Below the pieces are notes generated by a model that was not told where the DNA came from, did not search any database, and saw only the letters and a list, made by a program, of their open reading frames with translations. The position numbers and the translations under genes were made by a program. DNA of 62,954 nucleotides, filler included, from Saprolegnia diclina VS20 (taxonomy: Eukaryota): the NCBI RefSeq assembly GCF_000281045.1. It is 5 parts of 4 records of this genome, joined end to end, with 100 filler letters (N's around TTAATTAATTAA, not from the genome) between each part and the next. Parts side by side here need not be neighbours in the genome. Positions count along the whole stretch, not along the records: positions 57,802 to 62,954 come from NW_008246207.1; 4 more parts are not named here. One strand, written 5' to 3'. Numbering within the stretch: the first letter of the stretch is position 1; each line of letters begins with the position of its first letter. This document shows, one piece after another, positions 59,937 through 62,954 of the stretch.

Positions 59937-60335
59937 TCTCGCTTTTCGGAATAGGCGATGCTGATTGGCTACACGTGTCACGGGTCAAAATGTGCAAGTG
60001 ATTGACAGCCAGGTCGGACGACGAGTGGCTGGCGACGACTTGCACGTCCATCGTGCAGTGTTTGACGCGTTCCCACAATACTAGCACATCATCTAAACGA
60101 CACTTAACACTAGTGTACTAGCAAACGAGAAATCGCGGCGTTCGATGTTGTGTAACAAGGCAAGTGCAGTGCAAAGTTGGGTTTGGCTCCCCCAAAAGTC
60201 CTTTCTATTGTACAGAATTGTCCACGAACCCGGGACATTGTTTCTTTTTGAGTACTAGTATCGCAATTGTTGAGGATGCACACAAAATACATTCAAAATG
60301 CGGTCGCCAAAGGCAAGGATGCTGCAGTACAAAGG

Positions 60336-61575
60336 TCAAGGACAGTGCGGGAGCGTATTGAAGCCGAGGTGGTTTACATGCCACTGTATGTGGCCGCGCG
60401 ACGACTCGGCGATCTTGCGATGGAAAGCCGTCGAGTCGCCGGATTCACCAATCGCCTTGGACGACGCATCCCGCACAAACGTCGTCAGCTCTTCGCGCCA
60501 CGTCAAGCGGCGTCCGTTGAGCTCAATCGGCCCGTTGTAAAAGAGGAGCCGAATTCGGGTCGTCTGCGGCCCGATGCGGTCCAATGTGCACCTGACCAAG
60601 TCGTCAATCAGACCGCGCCCATGCTCTATATACTTTCTACCAGAACATTCTCGGACGCCACACATGACTGGGACCAGCACTGCTTTTCTCGTCGTGGCGC
60701 AGGTTGCCAAACGTGTACACGTTGCGGTCCGTCGAGGTGTAGTAGCGACTGACACAATAGTCGACTCGAGGGCCCATAGCGACGCGGTAAAAGCTTAGCG
60801 CCGGGTCGACTTGACACGTCAGCTACAAGGTTTACGTCAGCGGGCATACGACGAGCAGCAAACGACTCCACAGACCTTTTCGTCCAAGTACGTTACGTCG
60901 ACACCGACGTTGATCGCCCGGTTAAAGTGGACCAACGACGTGTGCAAGCGCGCGTGGGCGTCTTCGAACGGTAGCGCAATGTCATATTGCATGCGGAGCA
61001 AGAGGTCGGCCAAGTCGTCACCGGAGCTAACCTCGAGGTTGTCGGCAACAATCGAGTTCGTTGGAAACTGCGCATACTGGAGAATGCGCTCCGTACTGTG
61101 GTACAAGTGCTGCGAGTACCAGTCGAGGCTGAGTTTGCGGGCAGTCGGATCACTCGCCAGCATGACGTGGCGCCACAGAAACGGCTCGTTCGGTTCCTAA
61201 AAGTGCAAACTCAGGACACCGCCAAAATACTCGTAGTAGCTAATAAGTGGAAAGACGTACCGGTGGGTACTGGCTGCGCTCCATAGCCTTGGCCCACGTC
61301 GTGAGCGTATTGCCGAGTTGCCGGAGCTGCTTGCACTGCTGTCGCAAGTTGTCGTTGATCGAGTGCGCGTCAGCACTGGCCGCAGCAAATACCGACGCGA
61401 CTTCATTCCACGGCAGTGCCGTGCCAGCGTGCGGCTTGTAGTGACGAATATACTGCTGCAGCATGTAGATCTGACCCTCGAGGGCCTTGCGTTCGGTGCT
61501 GTTGCGGTCGCGGTGGCGCTGCTGCTTGCGCCGGTTGCGATCACGCTGGTACGCAAGACGGTCGGTGACGTCCAT
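60336..61575 (-). CDS. Oomycete expanded-family protein with bZIP-like N-terminus, multi-exon
   Basis: RDRNRRKQQRHRDR..LEGQIYML, LPWNEVA, WRHVMLASDPTARKLSLDWYSQHLYHSTERI, TLDRIGPQTTRIRLLFYNGP. Confidence 0.72.
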
Positions 61576-62210
61576 GGCAAATTGGGTTTTGCGAGGTTAC
61601 AACATGTTCTGAGACCATTGTGGCTAATCGCACGCCCCTTTGAGCAGGTGCACCAACGTCTGTTTGCCGGGGGGTTGTCAACTCCAATCCTCTATTAGTT
61701 GTCGGCAGTGTAGTACATTGTAGGTTCTGTAGGATAACGTTAGTAAGAGTAAGCTTAAAGGAGGGCCTTTGACGAATGGAAATACGAAAGAGTACAACGT
61801 GCTGCTTCGACCAGGCGTACGTACATTAGAGCGTACGCGACGTCGGACTTTTTCGTACCGGTAAGCTATTTAGTGCAACATTGTGATAGAATGTCACCTG
61901 TTTTTGCGCATCAAACCACATGGTCCTAGTGTTTGCAGCGTTACATGACAATCTGTGCATTAAAGTTACGAAACGAACACCCCAAGCGGTTCTGCCAGCA
62001 GTCCGCAGGTGTGTTAACGTTTCCTACCTCAGAACACACGGTGTTTTAGTGCGTGAGAAATACCGTGTGAAGAACAGCACACAGTCGTATTGTGCATACA
62101 GATTTTCACATTCTTTTTCACCAAAAACACATTGCGTGTCTTTGCAAAAAACGCATGCCCGCGCCAAAAATGCTGCAATTCGCCACAATTGCATTTGCGA
62201 GCAACGCAGC

Positions 62211-62636
62211 ATGCTCCAGCGCAAGCAAAGCGAGAGCACAGTCACCAAGAAGCGGCCACGTAGTAGCGACGGGCCATCAAACTCAAAGCGGACCAAGACG
62301 GTACAGTTTAGCAACGCGACAGTGTACGAATTCCGGCGCGCGCACGGCGGCAGCGCCGTGCCCAGCGAAGACGGACCTCCGCTAGGCATGGCGTACGTCC
62401 ACCAGCGCGTGCAATGCGTGGAGGTTGCCTCGGCCGAGACGACCCCGCGCCGTATCAACCGGTACAGCAGAGCCGAGCGCCGCGCGATTTTCAAGAAACT
62501 CAGCTACCCGTCGCGGCTGGTGGAAGACTTTAGCGCAGACGCTGCGCACATCCGCGCATCGCGCCGGGCCACCAAGTGCGAGCTGCGCCTGGAGCGAAAA
62601 CGAGCCGTGGACGACGAGCCTGGACGACTGGGATAG
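62211..62636 (+). CDS. Small basic protein with CSRNP N-terminal-like motif, 141 aa
   Basis: KTVQFSNATVYEFRRAHGGSAVPSEDGPPLGM resembles the V.F..V.VY.F.R..G...VP..G...LGM motif; NLS-like KKRPR/KRTK. Confidence 0.6.
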   Translation: MLQRKQSESTVTKKRPRSSDGPSNSKRTKTVQFSNATVYEFRRAHGGSAVPSEDGPPLGMAYVHQRVQCVEVASAETTPRRINRYSRAERRAIFKKLSYPSRLVEDFSADAAHIRASRRATKCELRLERKRAVDDEPGRLG

Positions 62637-62954
62637 CAGTCATCGGCACCTATTCTAATGCCATACGGTACATTTTAAGACGGCCCAGTACAACGGAGAT
62701 CTTTGTGCCACCAGAAAGACTTGGACGACAGACAAAGGCCGTAACACCATATCGGTCACACTTTGGGGAGCGCAGTTGCTGCTAGTAATAATTACATGCT
62801 GCTATTGGTGATTGAGCGTTGTGACGTATCTCGCTGTCTAGAAAGCACCAGCATGCAGCTGTTGCGGCCACGGCGCCTGGACCGCAAGCTTCGTTCTCGC
62901 CACGTAAGCAATCAGCCACCAACCTCCAGCCGCTCGTGCAAGAGCCCGAGCAGC

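Overview
Eukaryotic, GC-rich, gene-dense sequence with short (~35-70 nt) GT-AG introns, CCAAT boxes and INR/FPR-type core promoters. This is most consistent with an oomycete, probably Saprolegniales (inference, not a database result). The window is a draft assembly: four N44-TTAATTAATTAA-N44 linkers split it into five joined pieces, and there are several other N gaps. 1-14.8 kb: rearranged cluster of nine Cys-type glutathione transferase (GST) loci in four subtypes, an equilibrative nucleoside transporter and two inverted copies of an intronless, signal-peptide-bearing, bacterial-like metallo-beta-lactamase (MBL)-fold hydrolase; an L1-like retroelement relic follows at 15-16.8 kb. 19-39 kb: housekeeping block with THOC5, a RanBP2-ZnF/DGxxDxR-repeat protein, Derlin, MED22, an HTH-SNF5-HMG protein, eEF1B, a tandem-SET protein, RRS1 and HBS1. 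It also holds a four-exon selenoprotein K gene missed by the ORF track, with an in-frame UGA, a proximal hairpin and a form-2 SECIS. 39.8-50 kb: LRR-like genes, an RTE LINE relic, a TrhO/TSTD2-like rhodanese, a three-repeat Myb and a partial AMP deaminase. 50-57.7 kb: degenerate repeats including Tc1/IS630-like transposase relics. 57.8-63 kb: three bZIP-like paralogs and a CSRNP-motif protein. Coordinates of spliced genes are outer bounds from manual splicing.
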